Below, piece by piece: positions 17,919 to 28,043 of a stretch of DNA of 52,106 nucleotides. The notes under the pieces were generated by a model. It was not told the origin of the DNA. It saw only the letters and a list, made by a program, of their open reading frames with translations, and did not search any database. Origin of the DNA: Patescibacteria group bacterium. GTDB lineage: Bacteria > Patescibacteriota > Minisyncoccia > UBA6257 > 2-01-FULL-56-20. Numbering within the stretch: the first letter of the stretch is position 1; each line of letters begins with the position of its first letter. The translations under genes and the position numbers were made by a program. The stretch is taken from positions 1 to 52,106 of the forward strand of contig JBBTVY010000001.1 in NCBI GenBank assembly GCA_038063055.1, given 5' to 3'.

Positions 17919-18908
17919 TTATTGATTAAACACACTGAATACCTCAAAATACTTTTCTGAAACGCGGGGCCAATTAAGGTTGCTGAGACATTTTTCTCTG
18001 GCGTTTCTGGACATTTCCGAACGCAAAATATTGTCCGACATCAGCTTATGAATCAAAGTAATGAATTTTTTGAGTTCGCCGCTTTGGGGTTTTACCAAAA
18101 ATCCCTCTTTTCCGTCGCTAATCAACTCGCTATTGCCGCAACTATCCGATAAAACACATGGCAGGCCGGAAGCCATTGCTTCCACAATTACTGCCGCGCA
18201 GGGTTCATCTATGCTGGGAAAGAGAAATATATCAGAAGAGGCCATAATTTTGGAAACTTCTTCATGACTTGCAAATGGCATCCAATAAAAGTTTTTCAAA
18301 TCTTTGGCAGACGAGATAAAATCTTGCTTATCTTTTCGTCCCACTAGAACAAAACTGGCCTCGGGAACATTTTCGGCCAGTTTTATGAATACGTCCGGTC
18401 TTTTTCTTTTAAACATAGCCCCGACGAAAAGAATAACCGGCCTATTCAAGGGTAAGCCGAAGGTTGTACCCAGAAAATTCCTATCTCTCTTATGGGGATT
18501 AAAAAACTCTGTATCGACTCCATTCAATATCTTGAAAATCGGCTTCGACGGAAAATGTTTTTTTACCGATTGGGCAACGCAGTCAGAAACCGCGATAACA
18601 AACGCGGCACGCCGGAATAATATCTTTCTAACCGGCCAAGTTTTGCCTACCCTCAAAACCGTGTGCCAAGCAATGACATATCTTGTTCGCGCAGGCTTAA
18701 ACGGCAGGTACAATATCTCCTCCAAGACACCTATCCCCAGCATGTAATCCGGCTTAACCTTGCGCAAAACCAGAACTTTCTGCCAAAAAGTTTTGAGCTC
18801 CATAAAATCCACACGGCCGGACAAGCAGCGGAAAATATTATGATTAACGGTATCTATGGCATCAATTGGCTTGCCGAGCGGCGTTTTTAAAGACAAAATA
18901 CTGATCAT
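17919..18908 (-). CDS. GT4 glycosyltransferase
   Basis: NGVD, DIFLFPS..EP..VEAMASGLP. Start taken at MISILS, giving an ATGA overlap. Confidence 0.88.
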   Translation of the reverse strand: MISILSLKTPLGKPIDAIDTVNHNIFRCLSGRVDFMELKTFWQKVLVLRKVKPDYMLGIGVLEEILYLPFKPARTRYVIAWHTVLRVGKTWPVRKILFRRAAFVIAVSDCVAQSVKKHFPSKPIFKILNGVDTEFFNPHKRDRNFLGTTFGLPLNRPVILFVGAMFKRKRPDVFIKLAENVPEASFVLVGRKDKQDFISSAKDLKNFYWMPFASHEEVSKIMASSDIFLFPSIDEPCAAVIVEAMASGLPCVLSDSCGNSELISDGKEGFLVKPQSGELKKFITLIHKLMSDNILRSEMSRNAREKCLSNLNWPRVSEKYFEVFSVFNQ

Positions 18909-19855
18909 TTTTTTCTGGCTTTTATGGTCAATTGGTCTCCCCATCTCAACTGCTGAAAAATCGGGTCGGCAATAATATCCGCGGCGATTCCAAAAGGTAA
19001 GAAATATTTTTCATACTTTCTGCCGTCGCCGAAAATCCAATACGACAACCCGGCAACAAGGCCGCGAAACGTGTCGGAATAAAACACTTTTTTCACCTCA
19101 AACCCGCAGCTTTCCAATTTGATTTTAAGGCTTTTCTCGTTCCAAAAAAACAGGTGTCGCGGAATATCGAAACCGCCCCAATTTCTCTTGAAAACTTTCG
19201 CGGCCAGACTGGAAAAATTAGGCAGAACAATAATAATTTCGCCCCCGGGTTTCAATAATTTACGCGCTTCAGCCAGCATCTTGTCTGGATTTGGGAGGTG
19301 TTCAAATACATGATTAAAATTTATCACGTTGAAAAAATTTCTTGGTAGTTCATTGTGCTCCAAATCACCCGAATAAATTTTGCCAACATTGGCGCGAGTC
19401 GTTATATCAACCGCTAATCGACTTATATCTAAACCGTAAGTATCCCATCCCAACTCCTTTAAATAACCCAAATATTTTCCGGCGCCGCAGCCAACATCCA
19501 AAACTTTTCCTTGCCGAACATAAATTGGATAGAAACTCATTCGCAGGAAAAATGAGTAAAAAATCTTATGATATAAGTGCGGACGGCCGTATTTTAAAAA
19601 ACCCGCCAAACAACACTTCTTAATAAATTTTTTCGCTCCTTCTAGCAAATTTAATTTCTCAGCCGGCTTTAGCTGATAAGCGTGATAATCAGCCGCATAA
19701 TATTTCTCTTCAATTTCTTTAAAATCCGGCTGAGGGTCGAGGAAACCGGCTCCGCAGGTTTCGCACCTGAAAACCGAGAATGACTTGTTGTTATTTATTT
19801 TGGAAGAAAACAAAAAAAGAACCTGAAGAGAACCGCAGGCTTTGCAATTTATCAT
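18905..19855 (-). CDS. Class I SAM-dependent methyltransferase with N-terminal Cys zinc motif
   Basis: CKAC..CETC, VLDVGCGAG, HVFEHL, PRHLFF. Confidence 0.9.
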   Translation of the reverse strand: MINCKACGSLQVLFLFSSKINNNKSFSVFRCETCGAGFLDPQPDFKEIEEKYYAADYHAYQLKPAEKLNLLEGAKKFIKKCCLAGFLKYGRPHLYHKIFYSFFLRMSFYPIYVRQGKVLDVGCGAGKYLGYLKELGWDTYGLDISRLAVDITTRANVGKIYSGDLEHNELPRNFFNVINFNHVFEHLPNPDKMLAEARKLLKPGGEIIIVLPNFSSLAAKVFKRNWGGFDIPRHLFFWNEKSLKIKLESCGFEVKKVFYSDTFRGLVAGLSYWIFGDGRKYEKYFLPFGIAADIIADPIFQQLRWGDQLTIKARKK

Positions 19856-20781
19856 TTGGTTTTGTTTTTTAACACTTTATAATACCGGATCAAAAAAATC
19901 AAAACGCGGTACAGTTTTCTATAAACAGTCGGCGACCCCGAAAGACTCATTAAAAAATAGACGAGTGATCGGATATTTTTGTGTAAAATAAAAGATGTCC
20001 AAAATAATTTTCGAGACGCGGCAGTATCGAAAGACGCCGTAAGGGTTCCTTCCCAAAAATAGAGATAGGACAACGCCGGCGGACCGTAACTTCTGTAAAA
20101 TTCAAAATTTCTTGCTTTAAATCTAGAAAAGTTTTTCAAAAGTTTTTGAGAATCAGTGGATAAATTGCGGGAACCATCCAGATATATATCGGAGTGGAAG
20201 TTATAAACATAAAGCGGCTTATTCAAAAAAATAATATTGCAGACTGCGGCCGCGCGAAAACCAAAATCGCTGTCCTCAGAATTTTCCAACAGTTCGTCGT
20301 AAAATATTTTTCTTTGGGTGAAAACGGATTTTTTCAAAGCAATTCCTCCGCCGAGGCCAATCATCCATTTAGGCCTCGCCTCGCTTTTAAAATACGACTC
20401 TTGGCCGAATTCATCCCTCAAAATAAACCCGGGGATAATAATTTCGACAGCTGGCTGTTCTGAAAAAACTTTCTTCGCTTCCGACAAGTATTCCGGCCGC
20501 AACTCGTCATCGCTGTCCAAAAACACGATTATTTCTCCGCGCGCTTTGTTGACGCCATGATTTCTGGCCGCAGACACTCCCGCATTATCTTGGTGGAAAT
20601 ATCTGATGTTATTTTGCCGGGCTTCAAAATCGCTGACTGCATTTTTCGTGTCGTCCGAAGAACCGTCATCCACGACAACTACTTCAAAATCTTTCTCGGT
20701 TTGGGAAAGAGCGCTGGGCAATGATTTTTCGCGCAGCGCCCGGGCTCGGTTATAAGCGGGTATGATTATGGTTGCAAACAT
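19852..20781 (-). CDS. GT2 glycosyltransferase
   Basis: IIPAYNR, DDGSSD, FLDSDD. Confidence 0.9.
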   Translation of the reverse strand: MFATIIIPAYNRARALREKSLPSALSQTEKDFEVVVVDDGSSDDTKNAVSDFEARQNNIRYFHQDNAGVSAARNHGVNKARGEIIVFLDSDDELRPEYLSEAKKVFSEQPAVEIIIPGFILRDEFGQESYFKSEARPKWMIGLGGGIALKKSVFTQRKIFYDELLENSEDSDFGFRAAAVCNIIFLNKPLYVYNFHSDIYLDGSRNLSTDSQKLLKNFSRFKARNFEFYRSYGPPALSYLYFWEGTLTASFDTAASRKLFWTSFILHKNIRSLVYFLMSLSGSPTVYRKLYRVLIFLIRYYKVLKNKTK

Positions 20782-20787
20782 GGCTTT

Positions 20788-21651
20788 TTATAATTTCATT
20801 TTTGATATTTTCGTTTTTCGCCTGAACTTATCCAGAAAAAATCTCCTGAGCTTATAGGCGGGAAAGAAAATTTTCCGTAAAAACGGCCAAAGGGCATCTA
20901 AGTATTCAAGATAATTCTTGATATAAGCCCGGAAGAAAAACGGGTAGTCGCGGCGATATTTGCGGATTAAAGCCAAACTGAATTTTATGACTTCCGCGCG
21001 CTTCAAGTGGCCGATATTGGTGTCTCCAACAATGGATTCGATGGAGTATTCGGGCAGATTATACATCTTGCCGATTTTTCCAAGACGCATCCACAAATCA
21101 TAATCCTCGGCTTGTTTCAGTTTCTCGTCGTACCCGCCGACTAAAAGAACGGCGGACCTGCGATAAACCACGGCCGGGTGAAGAAACGGGCAACCAAAGA
21201 GCATGGCCTTTCGAATTTCCATATCAGTGCGCGGCTTTAAACTGCTGATTTGCAAGCCCCTACTTTTTAAAATAGCGGTATTGCCGGTGCCGACAATAAC
21301 GTATTCCGGATTACTTTCCAAAAATTCCACTTGTTTTCTCAATTTTGCGGGGTCAATCCAGGCGTCATCATCGTCGATGCGCGCGATATACTTCCCCTTT
21401 GCCTCTTTGAGGCCGCGATTGAGAGTTTTTTGGATTTTCAAATTAACTTCGTTTTTGAAATATTTAATCCGCGGGTCTTTCTTTTGGTATTTTAAAACAA
21501 TCTCTTCGGTTTTATCGGCTGAACAGTCGTTCACAATGATAAATTCAAAATTTCCGTATGTTTGATTCAAAACGCTTTCAATGGACCGCGGCAGCAAATC
21601 CGCGCGGCTGTATGTTGGCATTATTATTGAGACGAACGGTGTTTTATTCAT
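20788..21651 (-). CDS. GT2 glycosyltransferase
   Basis: SIIMPTY, ARIDDDD, AEDYDLW. Start taken at MNKTP. Confidence 0.9.
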   Translation of the reverse strand: MNKTPFVSIIMPTYSRADLLPRSIESVLNQTYGNFEFIIVNDCSADKTEEIVLKYQKKDPRIKYFKNEVNLKIQKTLNRGLKEAKGKYIARIDDDDAWIDPAKLRKQVEFLESNPEYVIVGTGNTAILKSRGLQISSLKPRTDMEIRKAMLFGCPFLHPAVVYRRSAVLLVGGYDEKLKQAEDYDLWMRLGKIGKMYNLPEYSIESIVGDTNIGHLKRAEVIKFSLALIRKYRRDYPFFFRAYIKNYLEYLDALWPFLRKIFFPAYKLRRFFLDKFRRKTKISKMKL

Positions 21652-22387
21652 ATGTGTGCGGCGTTTTTTCGCCGACAAGCACGACTATTGACGCCTTCCC
21701 CGCTTCCATGGGCTTCACGCTGAAATCAAGTTCAATCGGCTGAGTGGAAACGTTGATTTTATCGGTTAAATTTTTATGAAGTTTTTTCCGCAACTTGAAT
21801 ATATCCAATTTCTTCGCGATATTGATAATTTTCTTTATCCGGGACATTTTTCCCTTTAGCATGCCCTGGCCGAACACTCCTTTTACCGAAAAAAAACGGC
21901 TGGTTAGCGAGATGAACTCCCTTTGGTCCAATTCTTTAATATGGTCTTTTTGCGTTCCGGCAATTTCTTGTATTTCCCAAACCTCCCGGTCCGGAGTGCA
22001 AATTATCAATAACCCGCCCGGCTTCAGGATGCGCTTCAACTCTTTAAAAAAACCAACTTGGTCTTCTTCGGAAAAATGCTCAATCGTGTGAAAGCTTATC
22101 AAGGCATCGAAATAATCGTCTGCAAATTCCGTGCGCCGCGCGTCTCCCAAAATAAACCTTAGGTTGACTCTTCCGAATTTTTCCCGCGCCCGTTCAATAA
22201 GCGGTTCGTCAGAATCAAGTCCAAAAACATCGGCCTGCGGAAACGCTCGCGCGATCTGCGCCGTTCCAGCGCCGTCTCCGCTTGCAATATCTATCACCTT
22301 GCCGATTTTGCCCTGCTTGGCGAGCAATTCTGCCGCAAATAAATACAACTTCTCCCGCTCTTTTAATCCTTCCCAATTGATAGGCAT
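21644..22387 (-). CDS. Class I SAM-dependent methyltransferase
   Basis: VIDIASGDG, SFHTIEH, LKPGG. Confidence 0.88.
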   Translation of the reverse strand: MPINWEGLKEREKLYLFAAELLAKQGKIGKVIDIASGDGAGTAQIARAFPQADVFGLDSDEPLIERAREKFGRVNLRFILGDARRTEFADDYFDALISFHTIEHFSEEDQVGFFKELKRILKPGGLLIICTPDREVWEIQEIAGTQKDHIKELDQREFISLTSRFFSVKGVFGQGMLKGKMSRIKKIINIAKKLDIFKLRKKLHKNLTDKINVSTQPIELDFSVKPMEAGKASIVVLVGEKTPHTYE

Positions 22388-22388
22388 A

Positions 22389-23297
22389 TTAATTAAACTT
22401 ATTTTCCGTTTTGACTGTTTGAACAGACATCCAGCCGGCCGGGTAACGGTCGGCGTCTCGCGGCTTCCGATTGAACCATCGCTCGGGAGCGAAAACTATT
22501 TTCTCGGGATTTTCGCAAAGCCAAGCTCCCCACCAACCAAAGGTACTATTGGCAATAATATGGTGTTCGCACCGGCTCATTAGATATAAATCTTCATAAT
22601 TTCTTTCCGGACCGTTAAAATCCATAAAAATCATCTGGTAAGAAAATTTAAAATTTTCCTTTGCCCAAGAGATGTCATCGGAGAAAACAAAGAAAGTCGG
22701 GTTTGAAACCATTGCCGCGACTCGGCTGATTGCGGCTTTATAGTACGCCAGCCCGACGGTCGCATAAATTTGCCGCGCCTTCTTGTCGGCCAGATAATCG
22801 GCTCGCCTGATATGAACGGAAACCGAGTTGGCCGCTTCTATCATTTTTTGCGCCTCCAAACTTGGTTTGCTTAACGGTTCTTTCAGACGATATTCGCGGC
22901 GGATAATTGATTCCGCATCTTTAAAATATTTCTCGTTTTGCCAGTATCCTTCCATATAAGCGTCGCCTCGATGATTCAAGACAGAAAAATCAAATTTATC
23001 TTTCGGTTCCCTAAGATAATTTGGATTTTCTCCAAGAATTCCGTAATTTCCTAAACGCCGAACAACCTTTCCCAAAATACCGGGATGGATTTTGCCCTTC
23101 ACTGCTTCAATTTCAACCGGCAATGCCGCGGGGGCCGTAATCAGAAAACGATTAAGACCGTAGGCGTGGAGCGCATAATCATCAAATCCCGTAAGGTCAA
23201 GTTTGAATTCCGCGCCGCAAACATTCGCCAACCGCCGGCCGGCCGCGTACTGAAAAAGTTGATTGCCCAAACCGCCAATTATTTTCGCTATAACCAT
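22389..23297 (-). CDS. GT11 alpha-1,2-fucosyl/colitosyltransferase
   Basis: GGLGNQLFQY, GYWQNEKYF, HIRRADY, ANSTFGWWGAWL. Confidence 0.92.
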   Translation of the reverse strand: MVIAKIIGGLGNQLFQYAAGRRLANVCGAEFKLDLTGFDDYALHAYGLNRFLITAPAALPVEIEAVKGKIHPGILGKVVRRLGNYGILGENPNYLREPKDKFDFSVLNHRGDAYMEGYWQNEKYFKDAESIIRREYRLKEPLSKPSLEAQKMIEAANSVSVHIRRADYLADKKARQIYATVGLAYYKAAISRVAAMVSNPTFFVFSDDISWAKENFKFSYQMIFMDFNGPERNYEDLYLMSRCEHHIIANSTFGWWGAWLCENPEKIVFAPERWFNRKPRDADRYPAGWMSVQTVKTENKFN

Positions 23298-23504
23298 TTC
23301 TTGTAAAGACGCCTAAGCTTATCATAATATTCAGCCCCGATAATCTTTTTTAAGGATGTTCTTAAATTTGTTTTTAAGCTCCCTTTTTGCGTGTGAAATG
23401 CAACATTTGGAGGAATGAAACCGATTTCTTTGGAATCTATATTCAGGTCTTTGAGCCACGCAGCGAAACAACTTCCCGGCACAGAACGATATTGTGAGTT
23501 TGAA
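23288..23504 (-). pseudogene. Probable C-terminal remnant of a lost gene
   Basis: The open frame ends ...SLKKIIGAEYYDKLRRLYKKWL, and its stop overlaps the GT11 start as in an operon. No credible N-terminus; it abuts the LamG gene stop. Confidence 0.45.
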
Positions 23505-25016
23505 CTACCAGTTGTTCGTAATGTCTAATGTGGTTGTGGTTATTGCTATACCTACTTTTCTAATAACCGTTCCCGGCGTTGTGCTTATTATCCCCGATGA
23601 ATTACCGAGATAGTATTGTTTTCCAGTGATGAGATTTGTAGAAATATTTTGAGCAAGCCCACCAATAATTACATCGCCAACACTATTGGCTGATGTAGTG
23701 GTAGCGGCAAATCCTATAAATCCATCCGAGTAACCATTATTGGCCGCACTTGCCATATAAACCTGTCCAGCAACTCTGTTACCGCCAGAAATCATCGTCT
23801 GTCCCACACCACTGTTGTACAAATAAGTGACTTCTTGAGCTGAAAGAGCCTTGCTCCAAATCCCAAACTCGTCTAAAGATGCAGTAAGTTTGTATAGTGA
23901 GGTTCCTTGCTGTGCGCCAATAACACCAGGAACAGCATTTGATGTAGGAACTGACCCTGTAGCAGTATTAGTCAAAGATCCATCTTTATAGTAAGAAACC
24001 GTAGTACCAGAGAGTGTTACTACAATATGATGCCAATTACCGTCGTTAATAGTCCCTGTCTGCTGAGTCCATACACCTCCGCTCATAAAAGCAATCTGTC
24101 CAGGGGCTGTTCCAGGCCCTAAAAAAGTTCCGATACCATAGCCCGGTGCGCCTCCTGACTCGTGGCTAAAAACAAACTGAAGTGCAGCAGAAGATGTTTT
24201 AATCCAAAAAGCAATAGATAAATTACCAGTTATATTCAGATTAGAACCGCTACCTATGTCTATGTCTTGCGAACCAGCGAAATTGGCCCCTTTATTCACT
24301 TTCCCGTTTGCAAAATCATAAGTCAATGAGCCAGCATCCGTCCCATTATTAGAATCAAAGAAGTCGGTCGAATCGCCGTCCATTTTCCAATAGGAAATGA
24401 GACCAGTCGTAAGTGTATGATTTGTATCAACTTGAAATGATAACGAACTTCCATCGCTCACATACACTGCTCTGCCCGCATTTACATCTTCTCCAAAAGT
24501 AAATGGAGCGGTTAAACTGCTCGGATTTAATGATGCTGGCGCGGAACTTTGCCATACCGAACCGTTTGACGTAAGCACATTACCATTTGCTCCCGGAGCT
24601 ATTGTCGTAAATGAATTGGTTGAGGAGGCAACGACCACGCCGTTAGTATACGTCGAAGCTCCCGTGCCGCCGGAATTAACTCCAATCGGAGTTCCTGCTG
24701 TAATATATCCGGAAGCTGAGAAGTTGGTGCCTGATGCATTCGTAAATGCCAAAGAAGTAACGCTCAAAGAAGTTCCCGTAGCGTTAGTGAATGTAAGTCC
24801 CTGCAAAGAACTTTTCACGTTAACTGCAAAAAGTGCCGTAGAGTTGTTGTATGTAAAGTCAGAAAATCCTGTAATAGTGCCTGCGTCTGACCATACTGCA
24901 ATAAATGTCGATGTACTATTCCCCCAAACAGGGGCTGCAAATGAATTCGACGCCCCAGAAAACAGCGACACAGCTATAACGGCAACCACAAATAAAAACC
25001 TTGTTTTATTAGTCAT
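23505..25016 (-). CDS. Secreted LamG/concanavalin A-like lectin domain protein with fibre-like segments
   Basis: Signal peptide; GLISYWKMD, SIAFWIKT, DGNWHHIV, LDEFGIWSKALS; S/T/G/N-rich. Confidence 0.85.
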   Translation of the reverse strand: MTNKTRFLFVVAVIAVSLFSGASNSFAAPVWGNSTSTFIAVWSDAGTITGFSDFTYNNSTALFAVNVKSSLQGLTFTNATGTSLSVTSLAFTNASGTNFSASGYITAGTPIGVNSGGTGASTYTNGVVVASSTNSFTTIAPGANGNVLTSNGSVWQSSAPASLNPSSLTAPFTFGEDVNAGRAVYVSDGSSLSFQVDTNHTLTTGLISYWKMDGDSTDFFDSNNGTDAGSLTYDFANGKVNKGANFAGSQDIDIGSGSNLNITGNLSIAFWIKTSSAALQFVFSHESGGAPGYGIGTFLGPGTAPGQIAFMSGGVWTQQTGTINDGNWHHIVVTLSGTTVSYYKDGSLTNTATGSVPTSNAVPGVIGAQQGTSLYKLTASLDEFGIWSKALSAQEVTYLYNSGVGQTMISGGNRVAGQVYMASAANNGYSDGFIGFAATTTSANSVGDVIIGGLAQNISTNLITGKQYYLGNSSGIISTTPGTVIRKVGIAITTTTLDITNNW

Positions 25017-25119
25017 AACCGAACATTAACACGGTCTTCGTGATCGGGCAATTGAAACTGTAGAAAACCTCGCCCGAAATCACGGATGTCATATTTCCAT
25101 TGTATTCCTACAAGAATGA

Positions 25120-26709
25120 CTAGGGGCGTGCCGGAATCCAGAGAATATGCTTAATTTTTCCCCCATATAAATGCGCGTAGCCTAATTCGAGTACCGCCTG
25201 CTGCCTATATAATTTATCAATCATCAGCTGGCGGGTCAACTGACTTTCTTCGCCCAGAGTAACAATTGCGCTGAAACGGCGGCTCGCAACATCCCGGTTA
25301 AGGGAAAAGTAAATGTCTCTTTTCAAATTTCCGAATGCGCCGTTTTCAGAAATAGCTTCGAAACTACTCGCTTCAAGGAGCGATTTATGGCCTGTGGATG
25401 CGAGTATGGCATCAAGGCGCTCGGTTAAAATATCTCCGGGAAATTTTCGCAGGGCAACAATAAGGGCGCTGGCCGCTTGTTTATCTTCCGGACTTGGCCC
25501 GGTTAAAATCCTAATTCCCGAAAAAACCGTCAGTTGAATCACGAGGTAAACAATGGCAAAGGCAACAATTAATGAATCCGCTTTGAGGCAATTGAAGCCG
25601 AACTTTTCAATAAGCGCCTCTATCGAAAAAGGAATTAAAAGAATACTAGCATATAAAAGCGGTATGAAAGAAGTTATACCGGCGCCTTCGTTTTGACCAA
25701 GCTTGACGAACAACAATAGATTTGCTAACCACCAAATCCCGGTTATAAAAATTTCCGAGCCAATCTTGGTACGACGCCTGGTAAAATTAAACCATATTGC
25801 GAATCCGGCTGCCGCCACAATCCCTCCGTACTGAAGCATTAAAACCTTCATTAAATCCCAGAGATGTGCGAAGCTTGCAATGTCCCGGCCATAAATTTGA
25901 TTACTAAACAGAAATACGTTATCAAAAAAATAGGGGGTTTCTGATATAATCCAAAGAGCAAAACCGGAGCCAGCCAAAAAAATTCCAGCTTCGGCCAATA
26001 GATTCCAGTGGAAAGATCGTGTTTTCAAAAATCTTAATAGAACTGCTCCTCCAACTACACAGACAGCTGCCAAGCCCGCTTGTTTCGTAAAAAAGGCGGC
26101 TAAAGCCGCAAAAACGGCAATAAGCAAAAAACATATTTTCTTTCTGCTTTGTTCTTCTTTAATGTATTTAATGGAAAATAAAACGTTCAAAAGAGACAAA
26201 AACAGCATAAGGCTGTCTGTTCTGCCAAAAAGCAAAAAAACCGTCGCGGGAATAAATGCCATTAATCCACCCAACACCACTAAAGAAGTATTTTTATGCG
26301 GCAACCGTTTAAGTATCAAGACCGCCATCAACCAGGTGCCCAAGGCTCCCAAAAGGGCAACGGAACGATTCGCCAAAAGCGGACTGCCCAGAAATCCCGT
26401 GACAGCGGAAGATAGTATATAAAAAAACGGCGGGTAAACTGCGAAAATGTACGGGGATTTATCGGGCGGACCGTAAAGCGCTTCGCCGGAATGAATCCTT
26501 TGGGTAAAAATTACATTTTCGTTTTCGGACAGTTCCCACGCGCTCGGATAAGACATCAAATTCAGCTCGTAGCGAATTAAAAAAAACAGAAGAATTAATC
26601 CGGCGGCCCCAAGAATAAAAAAAACATATTTTGCCTCAATCCGCTTCAACAAAAAATACAAAAACAGGGCTGCGCCAAAAATCAATAAAAATTTAATTAT
26701 AAAAATCAT
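25120..26709 (-). CDS. Multi-pass GT-C-fold glycosyltransferase-like membrane protein
   Basis: YPPFF, GRTDSL, FTKQ motifs, more than 10 TMs. Downstream of a DPM1-like gene. Confidence 0.65.
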   Translation of the reverse strand: MIFIIKFLLIFGAALFLYFLLKRIEAKYVFFILGAAGLILLFFLIRYELNLMSYPSAWELSENENVIFTQRIHSGEALYGPPDKSPYIFAVYPPFFYILSSAVTGFLGSPLLANRSVALLGALGTWLMAVLILKRLPHKNTSLVVLGGLMAFIPATVFLLFGRTDSLMLFLSLLNVLFSIKYIKEEQSRKKICFLLIAVFAALAAFFTKQAGLAAVCVVGGAVLLRFLKTRSFHWNLLAEAGIFLAGSGFALWIISETPYFFDNVFLFSNQIYGRDIASFAHLWDLMKVLMLQYGGIVAAAGFAIWFNFTRRRTKIGSEIFITGIWWLANLLLFVKLGQNEGAGITSFIPLLYASILLIPFSIEALIEKFGFNCLKADSLIVAFAIVYLVIQLTVFSGIRILTGPSPEDKQAASALIVALRKFPGDILTERLDAILASTGHKSLLEASSFEAISENGAFGNLKRDIYFSLNRDVASRRFSAIVTLGEESQLTRQLMIDKLYRQQAVLELGYAHLYGGKIKHILWIPARP

Positions 26710-28040
26710 AGCTGTTTTTTCCGCTGTTCTATGAAAAAATCGACCAGATCTTTGCCTATTTTAATGGAATTGCCGGTTCCTCGATCAAGCGGATAAATAT
26801 GCGAGGCGCTGCCAATATAAAGATTGGAAATTTCTTTGAAATTTTTGGGCGGCATGTTGTTCTTATAATCCTTGAAAAACGACGGTGCGGCCCCGACACT
26901 GCGATGGAGTGAGCTAGCCTCGATTTCATTGGATCGCAGATCAGGAAAAATTTTTTTTAGATGTTTCAAAAACTCTTCGGTAATTTCTTCATCGGATAAC
27001 TGCCAAAGCCGCTCTTTGTCCCGCTCCAAGTAACGGCTCAAATATACAAGGTGACGTCCGCCAAACCGCTCGGTTCCGCTTAAATGACTGAATTCTATAA
27101 TAACCGTGAAAGGGATATTTTTATCGCCTACATTTATCCAAAAATACGGCGATAGACTGCGTTTTGCAAAAAAAGCCAAACAAACAACGTCTACCATCTT
27201 ATAAAGGCCGAGTCGTTTCTTCGCGCTATCAGGAAAATTAGCCGCGACCGCAAGCAAATTCGGCAACGGAATATAGGAAAAAACCGGTTCGTCGACTCCG
27301 ACTTCAAAATTTTTCTTCGCCGTCTTTATTCCGACGATTCGGCTATCTTGATAAATAATTTCCTTAACTGGATTTTCAAGCCAAACTTCCCCGTTCCGCC
27401 TCAACTTTGCATCAATACTTTCAAAGAGATATTTATAGGTATTTGTTATAAACCCGAATGTCGGTCCGAAGTTAAACGAATGTTTTGAAGCCATATGCTG
27501 GTTTAATCTTGTGACAATCCAATCTGCAGAGAGTGAATATTTATCATTCTGGAATTTCATGTCCAAAAGCGGATCCCAAAGAATGTCGTACAATCTTGGC
27601 GAGAATGTCTTTTTTAGCCAGTCAATCGCCAGCATACCTTCGCCGTCACCTGTTTTTTTAAACGTAAGTTTTAAAAACGCTTTTATAAAATCTATTTTAT
27701 CTCTGAGAGTAAAAAAATTGGAAAGTAAAATGGAAACAGGGTTGTCGATTGAATGAAGCTGTCCTCCGGACCAAAGAGCATTTTTCACCGAACGCCAGCG
27801 GATCTGCGGTACAATCCTGTTTTCGTCGAAAAAATCGCTGATATTTTTTTCATCGCTCCAATAAACAAAATGATAATATTTTTCGATCTCAAAATCGCCG
27901 AGTTTTTTGACTTTGGCCAATCCGCCGAGCGAGCCACTTGATTCAATAATTATTACTTGATATCCATTCTTAATAAGTTCGCAAGCGGCGGCGAGTCCCA
28001 TTACCCCTCCGCTGATGACATATGCTGATTTTTTTTTCAT
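26706..28040 (-). CDS. FAD-dependent oxidoreductase (HemY/amine-oxidase-like, glycan-locus type)
   Basis: ISGGVMGLAAA dinucleotide motif, LGGLA, EKYYH, IYPLDRG. Confidence 0.85.
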   Translation of the reverse strand: MKKKSAYVISGGVMGLAAACELIKNGYQVIIIESSGSLGGLAKVKKLGDFEIEKYYHFVYWSDEKNISDFFDENRIVPQIRWRSVKNALWSGGQLHSIDNPVSILLSNFFTLRDKIDFIKAFLKLTFKKTGDGEGMLAIDWLKKTFSPRLYDILWDPLLDMKFQNDKYSLSADWIVTRLNQHMASKHSFNFGPTFGFITNTYKYLFESIDAKLRRNGEVWLENPVKEIIYQDSRIVGIKTAKKNFEVGVDEPVFSYIPLPNLLAVAANFPDSAKKRLGLYKMVDVVCLAFFAKRSLSPYFWINVGDKNIPFTVIIEFSHLSGTERFGGRHLVYLSRYLERDKERLWQLSDEEITEEFLKHLKKIFPDLRSNEIEASSLHRSVGAAPSFFKDYKNNMPPKNFKEISNLYIGSASHIYPLDRGTGNSIKIGKDLVDFFIEQRKKQL

Positions 28041-28043
28041 AAT

